From assembly GCF_000012925.1 (NCBI RefSeq), contig NC_007517.1, positions 1,620,001-1,652,000 on the forward strand: a stretch of 32,000 bases of DNA, in the 5' to 3' direction. The notes beneath the pieces were generated by a model that saw only the letters and a program-made list of their open reading frames with translations, searched no databases and had not been told where the DNA came from. The stretch is from Geobacter metallireducens GS-15 (lineage in GTDB: Bacteria; Desulfobacterota; Desulfuromonadia; Geobacterales; Geobacteraceae). Below are positions 6,860 to 17,500 of the stretch, one piece after another (within the stretch, counting starts at the first letter, position 1; every line of letters starts with the position of its first letter). A program made the translations under genes and the position numbers.

Positions 6860-8527
6860 ATGACCACTATATTTCCGCCGATACCCGACCGGTTGCGGCC
6901 CCTGCTTCGTATTGCCTTCATGTGTGGGATCCTCGCCACTCTGCCGATTCTCTGCGATGTGTATGCCGCCGACGAGCCCCCTGCCGCCCGGGACGAAGCA
7001 CGCCCGGAAGAGGCCGCGGAGCCGGCGGCAACCTCCGCTCCCGCCCCCGCGGAACAGCCGGTAACTTTTGCGATTACCACCATACTGGTGGAGAGGAATA
7101 CCCTTTTCGCTTCGGACAGATTGCAGGAGGTGATGGCCCCCTTCGTGGGTGACGGCAAGACCGCCGATGACGTGGAAAAGGCCCGGGAAGCGCTGGAGAA
7201 ATTCCACCACGATCAGGGCTATCCGACGGTGATCGTGAACATCCCCGAGCAGTCGGTGGAGGAAGGGATTATCCGGCTACAGGTGGTCGAGCAGCGGATC
7301 AATACGGTTACTGTCACGGGTAACCGTTATTTTTCACGGGAAATGATCCTAGGAAAATTCCCCTCGCTCCAACCCGGCGGGATCCCCCATGTTCCGACCC
7401 TCCAGGCCGAGTTCACCAAGGCGGGACGGAATCCGGACCTCAAGATCACGCCGGCCATGGCGCCTTCCAGGGAAGTGGGGTATGTGGACGTGGAGCTGAA
7501 GATAGAGGAGAAGCTTCCCCTGCACGGCAGCCTGGAGCTGAACAACCGGTCGAGCCACGACACCTCCGCCCTGCGGCTCAATGGAGCCATCCGCTACGAC
7601 AACCTCTGGCAGCGGGAGCACTCCGTCGGGCTCCAGTACCAGACCGCACCCGAGAAAACACGGGAGGTCCAGATCCTCTCCGGCTCCTACGTCCTTCCCG
7701 ATCCGTGGCATGACGACCGGCGGATCGTCTTCTACGGCGTCTGGTCCGATACCAATACCTTTGCGTCCCTTGGGGATATGCAGGTTCTCGGTAAGGGAAT
7801 CATCGTGGGTGGGCGGTACCTGATTCCGCTTGCAGGCAAGGGCCTTTACAACCACAGCGCCACCCTGGGCATCGACTACAAGAGGTTTGACGAGAGTGCC
7901 GGGTTCAAAACTCGCGTAAGTTACCTGCCGCTGTCAACGGCCTACGATGCGTCGCTTCAGGATTCCACCGGGTACACCCTCTTCAACGCCGGTCTCAATT
8001 TTGCTTTCCGGGGCGCGGTGACGGACCAGTCGGAAATGGCCGTCAAGCGCTCCGAAGCCAAGGGTAACTATCTGGCCGCCATCCTTGGGCTGGAACGGCA
8101 GCAGAAGCTTCCCCTCGGCATGGGGCTCCGCGCGCGGATTGACGGACAGCTCTCCAGCGAACCGCTTATCCCCAACGAGCAGTTCGTGGCCGGCGGCATG
8201 GACAGCGTGCGGGGGTACAAGGAGAGCGAGGCCCTGGGCGATAACGGCTTCCATGGCACCGTTGAGCTTCGGGTGCCTGACATTACTCTGGGAAGCGCCA
8301 TGAGCATGACCCCCTACGTTTTTTACGACATGGCAGCCGTCGAGCTGAAAAAGCCCCTTCCCGGCGAGAACCGCAGCCAGACCCTCCAGGGCACCGGGGC
8401 CGGCGTGCGGGGGATGCTGTTCAAGTTCCTCGAATACCAGGTCGATTTCGCAGTTGCCCTCTCCGATTCGGACCGGATCAAGGAAGGGGACCAGCGGGTG
8501 CATTTCAGGGTCAGCTGCGCGTTCTAG
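6860..8527 (+). CDS. TpsB outer-membrane transporter of a two-partner secretion system (ShlB/FhaC/HecB family, Omp85 superfamily), 555 aa
   Basis: The POTRA-like N-terminal region reads FAITTILVERNTLFASDRLQEVMAPFVG...IIRLQVVEQRINTVTVTGNRYFS. The conserved loop-6 motif is present (GMDSVRGYKESE). The C-terminus ends in F (RVSCAF). The gene lies immediately upstream of a TPS-domain protein. An alternative start at M21 (nt 6920) is possible. Confidence 0.9.
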   Translation: MTTIFPPIPDRLRPLLRIAFMCGILATLPILCDVYAADEPPAARDEARPEEAAEPAATSAPAPAEQPVTFAITTILVERNTLFASDRLQEVMAPFVGDGKTADDVEKAREALEKFHHDQGYPTVIVNIPEQSVEEGIIRLQVVEQRINTVTVTGNRYFSREMILGKFPSLQPGGIPHVPTLQAEFTKAGRNPDLKITPAMAPSREVGYVDVELKIEEKLPLHGSLELNNRSSHDTSALRLNGAIRYDNLWQREHSVGLQYQTAPEKTREVQILSGSYVLPDPWHDDRRIVFYGVWSDTNTFASLGDMQVLGKGIIVGGRYLIPLAGKGLYNHSATLGIDYKRFDESAGFKTRVSYLPLSTAYDASLQDSTGYTLFNAGLNFAFRGAVTDQSEMAVKRSEAKGNYLAAILGLERQQKLPLGMGLRARIDGQLSSEPLIPNEQFVAGGMDSVRGYKESEALGDNGFHGTVELRVPDITLGSAMSMTPYVFYDMAAVELKKPLPGENRSQTLQGTGAGVRGMLFKFLEYQVDFAVALSDSDRIKEGDQRVHFRVSCAF

Positions 8528-8542
8528 CAACGGGAGAAGGAT

Positions 8543-11500
8543 ATGAGCAGGAAACATTCAATCGAAACCAGATCCATCGCCCTCTTCATGGCGACGACCA
8601 CCGCGCTGTCGCCGGTGCTGGCCAGCGCCCAGGGAGTGCCCCGCGCAGCATCGCAGACAACCGGTGTCCCCCGGGCCGCAGCCGTCCAGAGTTCGGGTAT
8701 CCCCCGGGTCCTGTCCAATCTCATTCCCCCCACGGCCACGACTCTGCCGCAACTCAAGCCTGGCGGGGTTCTGGCCAATGCCGCGGTCGACACAACCGGC
8801 AATCTCCTTACCGTGAACCAGAGCGCCGACAAGGCGGTCATCGACTGGAACTCCTTCAACGTCGGCCGGGACGCCACGGTCCGGTTCAACCAGAACAAGG
8901 AGTGGTCGGCCCTTAACCGGATCTGGGATGCCAACCCGAGCCAGATCTTCGGAACCGTCAAGGCCGACGGGAAGATCTACCTCATCAACCGCAACGGGAT
9001 TCTCTTTGGCAAGGATGCGCGGGTGAACGTCAACTCCATCGTTGCATCGTCGCTCCACATCACAAGGGAGAACTTCGATAAAAGCCTCCTGAAATTCAGC
9101 AATCAGCAGGGGACTCCGGATGCCCCTGATGTGGCCATGCAGACCTACACGGCCGGTGCCGTGGCCAACGACGGTCAGATAACCACTGAAAAGCAGGGTG
9201 CCGCGATCCTCATGGGCTCCCAGGCTGAGAACCGCGGGGAGGTCGTTTCGCCTGAGGGTCAAATCGGCCTCGCGGCCGGCGATGAGGTGGAGCTTGCCCC
9301 CGACGAGAGTGGCAAGCGGCGGTATCTCGTGAAGGTTACTGCCAATCCGGGTGTTGCCGTGAACCGGGCCGAGGGGACCATGACGGCCGACTCCGGCGTC
9401 ATCGGCATGTATGGCCGTCAGGTCGTTCAGGACGGCACTGCACGGGCCGTTTCCGCCATCAAGAAGAATGGCGTCATCGAACTTCTGGCCACCGACTCAA
9501 TCTCGTTGGGAAAGGGGAGCAGAACGGAAAGCCCCGTTTCCGCTTCCTCTGAAACGGCCCATGAATCCTTCGAGTTCAAGGGGGGCGACATCCAGCTCAA
9601 GGGTCTCATGCCGGTGGTGGATACGGCGCCGGACGGCCCGCGCGTGCCGGTGAAGCGGATCGACATTGAGGGAACGGTTTCGGCCCCGTCGGGGAGCGTG
9701 GTTCTCGAAGCCGATGAGCGGGTTTATCTGTCAAATGGCGCCAGGGTTGACGTGAGCGGGACCGAGGTCAATCTCGCGGCCGACGCGAACCGGATCGAAT
9801 TCACCTACACCTCCGAGATCCTGAAGGACGAGTTCACCCAGAAGAGTGGTTTCCTCAAGGGGAAGACCGTCTCCATCGACGCCCATCAGGGGGCGAGCAT
9901 CGGTGATGTTTCCGGCGAACTGGGAAAGCGGGAGAAGACGGCCCTTGAACGAGGCGTGACCGGTGGCGATATCGCGATATCGGCCCGTTCGGGTGATGTC
10001 ATTGTCCGGAATGGGGCGGAGTTGAACTTTTCCGGCGGCAAGACCAACTACGCTGAAGGGAGCTACACCACCACCCGGCTTACCTCCCAGGGGAAGGAAT
10101 ACGACATTGCCACGGCTCCCCGGGAACTGGTTTACGATGGCCAGATCACCAAGGAGTCCTTCCATGCTGCCCACTCCGAAGGTGCCGATGCCGGCAGTCT
10201 CGTCATGGTGGCGCCCCGGATGGCGATGGACGGCTCCATGAAGGGTTCGGTCACCCGGGGGGTATTCCAGACGCTGCAGGCCGAGCCGGTGAACGGAACC
10301 GGCAAGCAGTCGGCCAAGGGGCGAAAGCTCCCCCTTGCCGGTACTGCAGAGTTCGGACAGAAGTCCACCAACCAACCCCCCGACGCCGAAGACGCCGTGC
10401 TGGGCGATACGGTTATCGCGGCGAATGTCGCACTGCTTCCGGCGGATTTCACCGACGACAGCGACCTCGCTGCCCAGCGCAGCGCCACCTACCTGCCGGC
10501 AGCTACCATCAATGACTCGGGAATCGGGACGCTGCGAGTCAGCTCCAACACCACCATCAAGACCGACCAGGGAGCAGTTGTCCAGCTCCAGCCCGGCGGG
10601 GAGCTGTCGTTGACGGCCCGTAGCATCGTTCACCAGGGTAACATCGACGTTGCCGGCGGCACGGTGAACCTGGTGACCCAGAACAACGTCACCAATTACG
10701 AAACCCTGGGGGGGGAGGCAAATCCAAAGGCAGCAGCGGTTGCCGATGAAGGGATCACCATTGCCTCGGGAAGCGTGATCAGCACCGCCGGTGATGTGCT
10801 CGACAACGGACCGGCGGTAAGGGTGAAGACTCAGGGAATGGAGGCCGTCAGGACCAACGGGGGGACGGTGAAGATATTCGACCGGACCGCCAAGGGGCAT
10901 GGTGTGGATGTGGCCACCGGTTCAAGCGTTGATGTGAGCGGCGGTCACGTGATCGACACGAAAGGAAAGGTAACCGGGGGCGATGCCGGTTCGGTGTCCA
11001 TCCAGGGGGAGCGGGTCAACCTCGATGGCGATATTGCCGGTTACTCCCTCGTGGGGAAAAAGGGTGGCGGCATCAGCGTCCACGCCGGCGAGGTGGTGGT
11101 TGCCGCTAATCCTTCCGCCATAAGCAACGACGGCACAAAGACCGTCATCGCAGACGACCGGTTTGCCGGCTCCGGCTTCAGTTCCATCGAATACAAGGCC
11201 GAACGGAACCTGACCGTGGCGGAAGGGGCGAACCTTGCCCCCTCGGCTGTGAAGGAATTCACCTCTACCCGTGGTGGCAGCAGAGTGGCCCGCAGCTCGG
11301 TAAGCGACGATCTTGTGGGTCCGTCGAAAGTGAAACTTGCGGCCGGCGCCAACCTGGACCGCAACGATCCGACGGCGGTCCCCAGCGTGGATGACGCCAA
11401 GGTCGTCATCGCGCAAAATGCCACGATCAAGACCCCGTATTCCGGCGAGATTTCCGTGTCGGGACCGGAAGTGGATGTGGCCGGAACCCTCTCGGCAGCG

Positions 11501-14500
11501 GCCGGGAAGATAACCCTGACCGCCAAGTCCCGTTCCGTCATCCTGCGGCCCACGGCCCGCATCCTGGCGCCCGCTTACCTGAAGGCGGACCTGAAGCCGC
11601 TGATGCCCAACCTTCCCCTGGGGCATACGGCTTACGATGCCGGCACCGTACGGGTGGAAGGGGTGAGCCTGAACCTCATGCCTGGCGCCATTATCGACGT
11701 GTCCGGTTCCGCCCCCGCCACCAGCTACGCCAGGACCGGCAGGGGCGCCGTCATCGCCCGGACCGTTGCCGGCGCGCCGGGCGAGGTTCAACTCGTCTAC
11801 TCCGACCCGCTGCAGCCCGAAAATCTCGTTGGTGCCGACTTCCGGTCTGCCGCGTTCCTGCCCGGCCTGCGGGGGGGCTCCTTCTCGCTCCTTTCCCAGA
11901 GCATCGAGCAGGGGCTGTCGCTCCGCGGAGATGAGCTTGCGCGGCTCGCCGCCGCCGGCTTCGATTCGTTCTCATTTACCAGCAAGAAATCCCTCACCTT
12001 TTCGGATGATGTGAACCTGACAGCCGGCAGGAAGATTCTTCTCGACGCGCCGGAGATGATCGGCACCGACGGCCGTTCCGTGGCCCTGCGGGCACCCTGG
12101 CTGGTACTGCGCAATACCCTTGCGGGCGATGACCCCTCCGTGCGGCAGGCGGCGACCGGGAGCGGCATCCTGACCCTGAGCGGCGACTGGCTCGACGTGG
12201 ACGGGGCCGTGACCCTTTCACGCTTCGACGCAGTAAGCGCCGATATCCGCAACGACATCCGCCTTTTCGACCGGACCTATTCCCTGGACGGGACCAACTG
12301 GAAGTGGCACGGCTCCCTTGTGGTGCCGGGTAACCTCTCTCTCAAAGCCGACCGGATCTACCCGGCCATGCACTATCTGGACCCCGCCTATCCGTCGCGG
12401 GGGATGGTGCCGTCGGACTTCGCCGTGAAAGCCGGGCGCGATATCACCATCCTCCCCGCGACGGTCCGCAGCACTCTGCCGGTTCCTTCGGCCGGGGGGG
12501 CGCTCCTCTTTCAGGCCGGAGGCAACATTATCCAGCAGGGGACTCTCGCCGCGCCGGCCGGCACGATCAGACTGGAGGCCAATCCCGACACGGGGCGGGT
12601 TTATCTGGGCGCGGGGAGTGTCACCACCGTCAAGGGTGAGGGGATGGTCCCCTTCGGGGAAGTCCACGAACTCTACTGGGAGCTGGTGGACAAGAACAAC
12701 CCGAAACTCCTCGGCAACAAGATAACGGCTGCCCCTGACAAGGAGATAAGCGCCACCGGGAACGAGGTCATCGTCCGCGACGGTGCGGCCCTTGATCTCT
12801 CCGGCGGCGGCACCCTTTACGGTTACCTGTTTCAGCCGGGGCTCGAGGGGAGCAGCGACCCCCTCGGCAAGGCGGGGCGATATGTGATTCTTCCCGACAA
12901 TTCGGTCTCGCTCCCCGGAGACCGGGTCTACCTGGAAGGGAGCGACCTCCTGGCGGCTGGGTACTACACCCTGCTCCCCGTGCAGTATGCATTTCTTCCC
13001 GGAGCACTGGTCGTGACCGACACCGGCAAGGCCATGAACCCCGGCGAACGGACAAAGAGCTGGGACAACCATACCATTGTCGTCGGAAGTGTCAGCAGGG
13101 ATGCTACCTCCCTTGGCACCACGAAACTCACCGGCTTCGAGGTGAGGCAGGCGGCCGACGTGCTCCGGGAGGGGAACTTCACCGTTGCCTCCCTGGAGGC
13201 GGGTGATGCCGGCTCTCTCTCCCTCAAGGGAAACAGCACCGTCGTCGACGGGAACGTCTCGGCCCGTCCCCTTGCGGGCTACCAGGGCGGGACGCTGGAA
13301 CTGAGCGGCAGGAACGTCAACGTCCAGTCGACGCGGGTTCCCCTGCCAGCCGGCTTCGGCGCGGGGAACCCCCTTGAGGCCCTTCCCGACAATCTCCGGG
13401 ACCGCCTCTTCGTGACTGCGGACTTCCTGAATGGCGGGTTCAGCCGTGTGACGCTCGGTGACACCACCAAGGCCGACACCGTTACGGTCGAGAGTGGCAG
13501 CTCCATCGCCGCCGGCGGCATTACCCTGGCCGCGAAGAACTCCGTCATCCTCGGCGAGGATGTGAATCTCTCTGCAACGAAAAGTGCCGGAGACGGTGTC
13601 GTCGCCATTGTCACGCCCACCGGCGATGCGGTTCTCGGTGCCGGCTCAACGGTCAAGGGCGAGGCAGGGGTGACACTCGATGCCCGTACCCTGGAGCTTC
13701 AGGAAACCGACGCCAAGAAGCAGGCCGGAATCGATGCCCGGGGAGGAACGCTTACCCTGGCCTCCGATACCATCCGGTTCACCGAGGGTGATGCAGTGCC
13801 AGCGGAAAAGGGATTCCATGTTACAGAGAAGCTCTGGTCGGCCTTTGGCACCGCCGATTCCGGTGCCGGCAAAGCCCCGGAAGAAATCGTCATCAAAGGG
13901 CGGTCGGCGGTTGCCTTCACCGGCAGCCGCACCCTGAATGCAGCCGGTGACATGGTTATCGATACGCCGAGGATCACCGCTTCAGGAGGGGAGGGAAGCG
14001 CCCCCACAATAACGGCCTCGGCCCGGAATCTGACGTTGCGCAACACCGGCAGCCAGTCGACGGATGCCTCGCTTGCGGATACCGCGTCCCTCACCATGGC
14101 GGCCGACACGATCACGGTGGATGGGGCACGCTACGATGCAGCAGCCAAGAAGGTGACCGGCGGTGACCTCCGTTTCGACGGCATGGCCTCGGTGAAGTTT
14201 GAGAGCAAAGGCGATGTGACGTTCCGGGGCAAGGGGAGCCTGGCCACGGATGGTGACCTTACCCTCTCTGCCGGTCGAGTGGCGACCGCCTACCAGAGGG
14301 ACGGGATGACGCCATACATTCCCGCCGATTTCGCGGTAAAGGGTGGTGGTGCGGTAACCGTCGCCAAGGGTGAAAGATCGGTGGAGAGCCCGGCTTCGCC
14401 TCCCCCGGGAGGCTCCCTTGCCATCGAAGGGAGGTCGGTGAGCCAAAGCGGCACTATTGATGTTGCCGGCGGTCGCCTTGCCATTACCGCCACCGGCGCG

Positions 14501-17500
14501 GGAGACACTGACGGCATCAGGCTGGAGAATGGTGCGAAGATTCTGGCACGGGGAACCGCTGACGTTGCCGGCGGCATGGTGGCCCTGAAGGCCGATGCGA
14601 AAGATGTGCGGATTGAGAGTGGCGCGCTGGTCGACGTTTCCGCCGGTGCCCAAGGGGATGCGGGGAGCGTATCCCTGACGGCGGAGAAGGGGCAGGTCGT
14701 GCTTGACGGGATCGTCAAGGGCGCGGCCCGGGGCACCGGTCGGGGCGGTTCGCTCGCCATGGACGGTTCGGTTGCCGATTTCGGCACCGTTGTCGACACG
14801 GCAACGACAGGGGGCTTCACCGAAGCGGTCGGTGCCAGAATCCGCACCGGCGACGTGACGGTGGCCTCCGGCAAGACTCTCACAGCCCGTTCCGTGCAGG
14901 TTTCCGCCGACAGCGGCGACGTAACGGTGAACGGCACCGTGGACGCCTCCCATGCCACGGGTGGCGGGCGGGTGGAGCTTTTCGCCGGCAGGAACGTGAC
15001 AGTGGCTTCCGGAGGCTCGGTAACGGCGAAGGGGACCGGCACGGGCGCGTCGGGTGGTGACGTGACTCTCGGCAGCGCCGCCAGGAGCACCACGGAGATT
15101 GCCGCCGGCACCGTGCCCGGAAAGGTGATCGTCGCATCAGGCGCTACGGTGGACGTCTCCGGCAACGGCGGCCAGGGGGGGACGGTTCTTCTGCGAGGCC
15201 AGTACGACGCCGCAAAACGTGACGTGAACATCGATGTCGGCGGGCAGGTGAGGGGGGCGCGGGAGATCGTCGCCGCCGGTGTTGCCGTGAAGGAATATAC
15301 CGGCGACAAACAGGTGATGGCCACCGACACCACCTCGTGGAAGACCGAGGCCGACAGGGTGATGGCCAATGCCGCCGCCATCCGCACCCGCCTCGCCGGC
15401 GCCATGGACAACGACGCCAAATCTGTCTTTCAGTACCGCCCCGATGTGGAGGTCCGAAGCACCGGCACCATGACCATGAAGAACGACCTGGACCTGACCA
15501 CCTGGCGCTACAACGGTCAGCCTGGCTACCTGACCCTGAAAGCGGAGAAGGATCTGGTTCTCGAAAAGAAGATCGTCGATCACCCGACGGCAAGCCTCAG
15601 ATCGCTTGTCAGTTCCACCGCCGCTCCCTCATGGGGCGTCAGGATGGCGGCGGGCTCTGACCGGGCCGGCGCCAATCCGCTGGCGGTGAAACGGGGGACC
15701 GGTGACCTGAAGTTCACCACCGACGGTTCGCTGGTCTACAGCGAGAGCGGAGCCGTGGATTTTGCTTCGGGCCGGGATACGGTCATCGCCAAGGGGGTGA
15801 AGAGCATCCCCAGCTACATGACCAACTTCAACCTGAAATACAACCTTGCCGCCTACACCGGGAATATCCGGGGGAATGTGGGACGGAACCTTTCCCTTGA
15901 GGGGGGAACGGCCATCCAGTCGGCGGCGGGGAACATCGGCATCGACATTGCCGAGAGCCTGGTCAACAAGGGAGCCATCAGGACCACGGGCGAATACCAG
16001 GGGGCGATCCTGGCTGACGGCACCCAGCCGGGTTTCTTCGATTACTGGAATTTCGGGGAAGGCGGGAATATCGCCATCCGCGCCGGCAAGACGGTCGAGG
16101 GGACCATCGCCAAGGACAAATCCTGGGACAACTCCTACCAGAACACTGACCTGGTCACCCGTGACCTCATCCCCCGTTTCTGGGCCGCCAACTATACCGG
16201 CAGTGCCACCACTCCCCAGACCGAGGGAATTGCCGCCATGGGTGGCGGCGACGTCACCGTGGCCGCTGGCGGCGGCATGACGGGACAGATGGGGACTTTC
16301 GGCAAGGGGAACCTGACGCTCACCAGCGGTGGCGACCTGAAGGGACGCTTCCTCGTGAAGGAGGGTACAGGAAGCCTCACTGCCGCCGGCAACTTCGGCG
16401 CACCGCCGGCCAATGCCGCCAAGCTGACGGACAATCCTCCCGAAACGGTGCTGGAACTCTTCGACGGCAGATTCAACGTTAAGGCCCAGGGTGACGTGGA
16501 ACTGGGGACCGTCAACAATCCCACCGTCAGCAACAAGGCGTTCAGCAAGTGGAACCTCTCCTATGGCGAAAACGCAGCGGTGAGTCTCGGGTCGAGTACC
16601 GGCAACGTCTCCTACTACGGCACCGGCGCTTACACCAACTACGGCAACGACTCGAACCGCCGCAACCTGGAGAAGATTCTCCCCGGCACGGTTGAGATGA
16701 ACGCCGCCGGCGACATCCGTCTCGACAGCGACATGTACCTGGCGCCGTCCCGTACCGGCAATCTCGTCATGAATGCCGGAGGCTCCGTTGACGGTTCCCC
16801 TGTTGACCCCCGCAGCGGCGTCAAGGCCAAGGCTCTCATGTCGGACCAGTCCCCCGACGATTACTACGGCCCGAGCACCGTTAACACCATCGACCGGGTC
16901 AAGACCCTGAGCAACGCCGCCCTCCATGCCGCAGTGCCGGTGCACGGGAACGACAGCACGAAAATTCAGGTTGCTGCCGATGGTGATATCCGGAACCTGG
17001 ATTTCATTCTGCCGAAATCGGCGATGCTGGCCGCCGGCCGCGACATCAGCAACGTCTCCTTCAAGGGGCAAAACCTCCGTGGCAGGGAGACCGACGGGAA
17101 CACCGGCGTGGTCACCTACAGCGGGGACGTTACCGAGATCAGCGCCGGACGCGACATCGTGATGCAGGAGCGCCGCTCGATGAACGGCGCCGACATCAAG
17201 ACCGGCACCGGATTCGATGTGGCCGGACCGGGGGCCTTTGTGGTCCGGGCGGGGCACGATATTGACCTGGGCAACAGCCGTGGCATTCAGGCCAACGGCA
17301 ATGCCGAGAATCCGGCACTGCCCAACAAGGGAGCAGACATCCTGGTAACAGCCGGGTTGACGGCGAACATTCCTCCCGGTGACGAAGACAACTATTTTAC
17401 GTTGCTGAAGTATGCGGCACTCCTTGCCCAGACAAAACTGACGGAGCGGAGCGGCATACTACAGGAGGCTGAAAAAGCATTCCTCGTCGATCCTTACATG

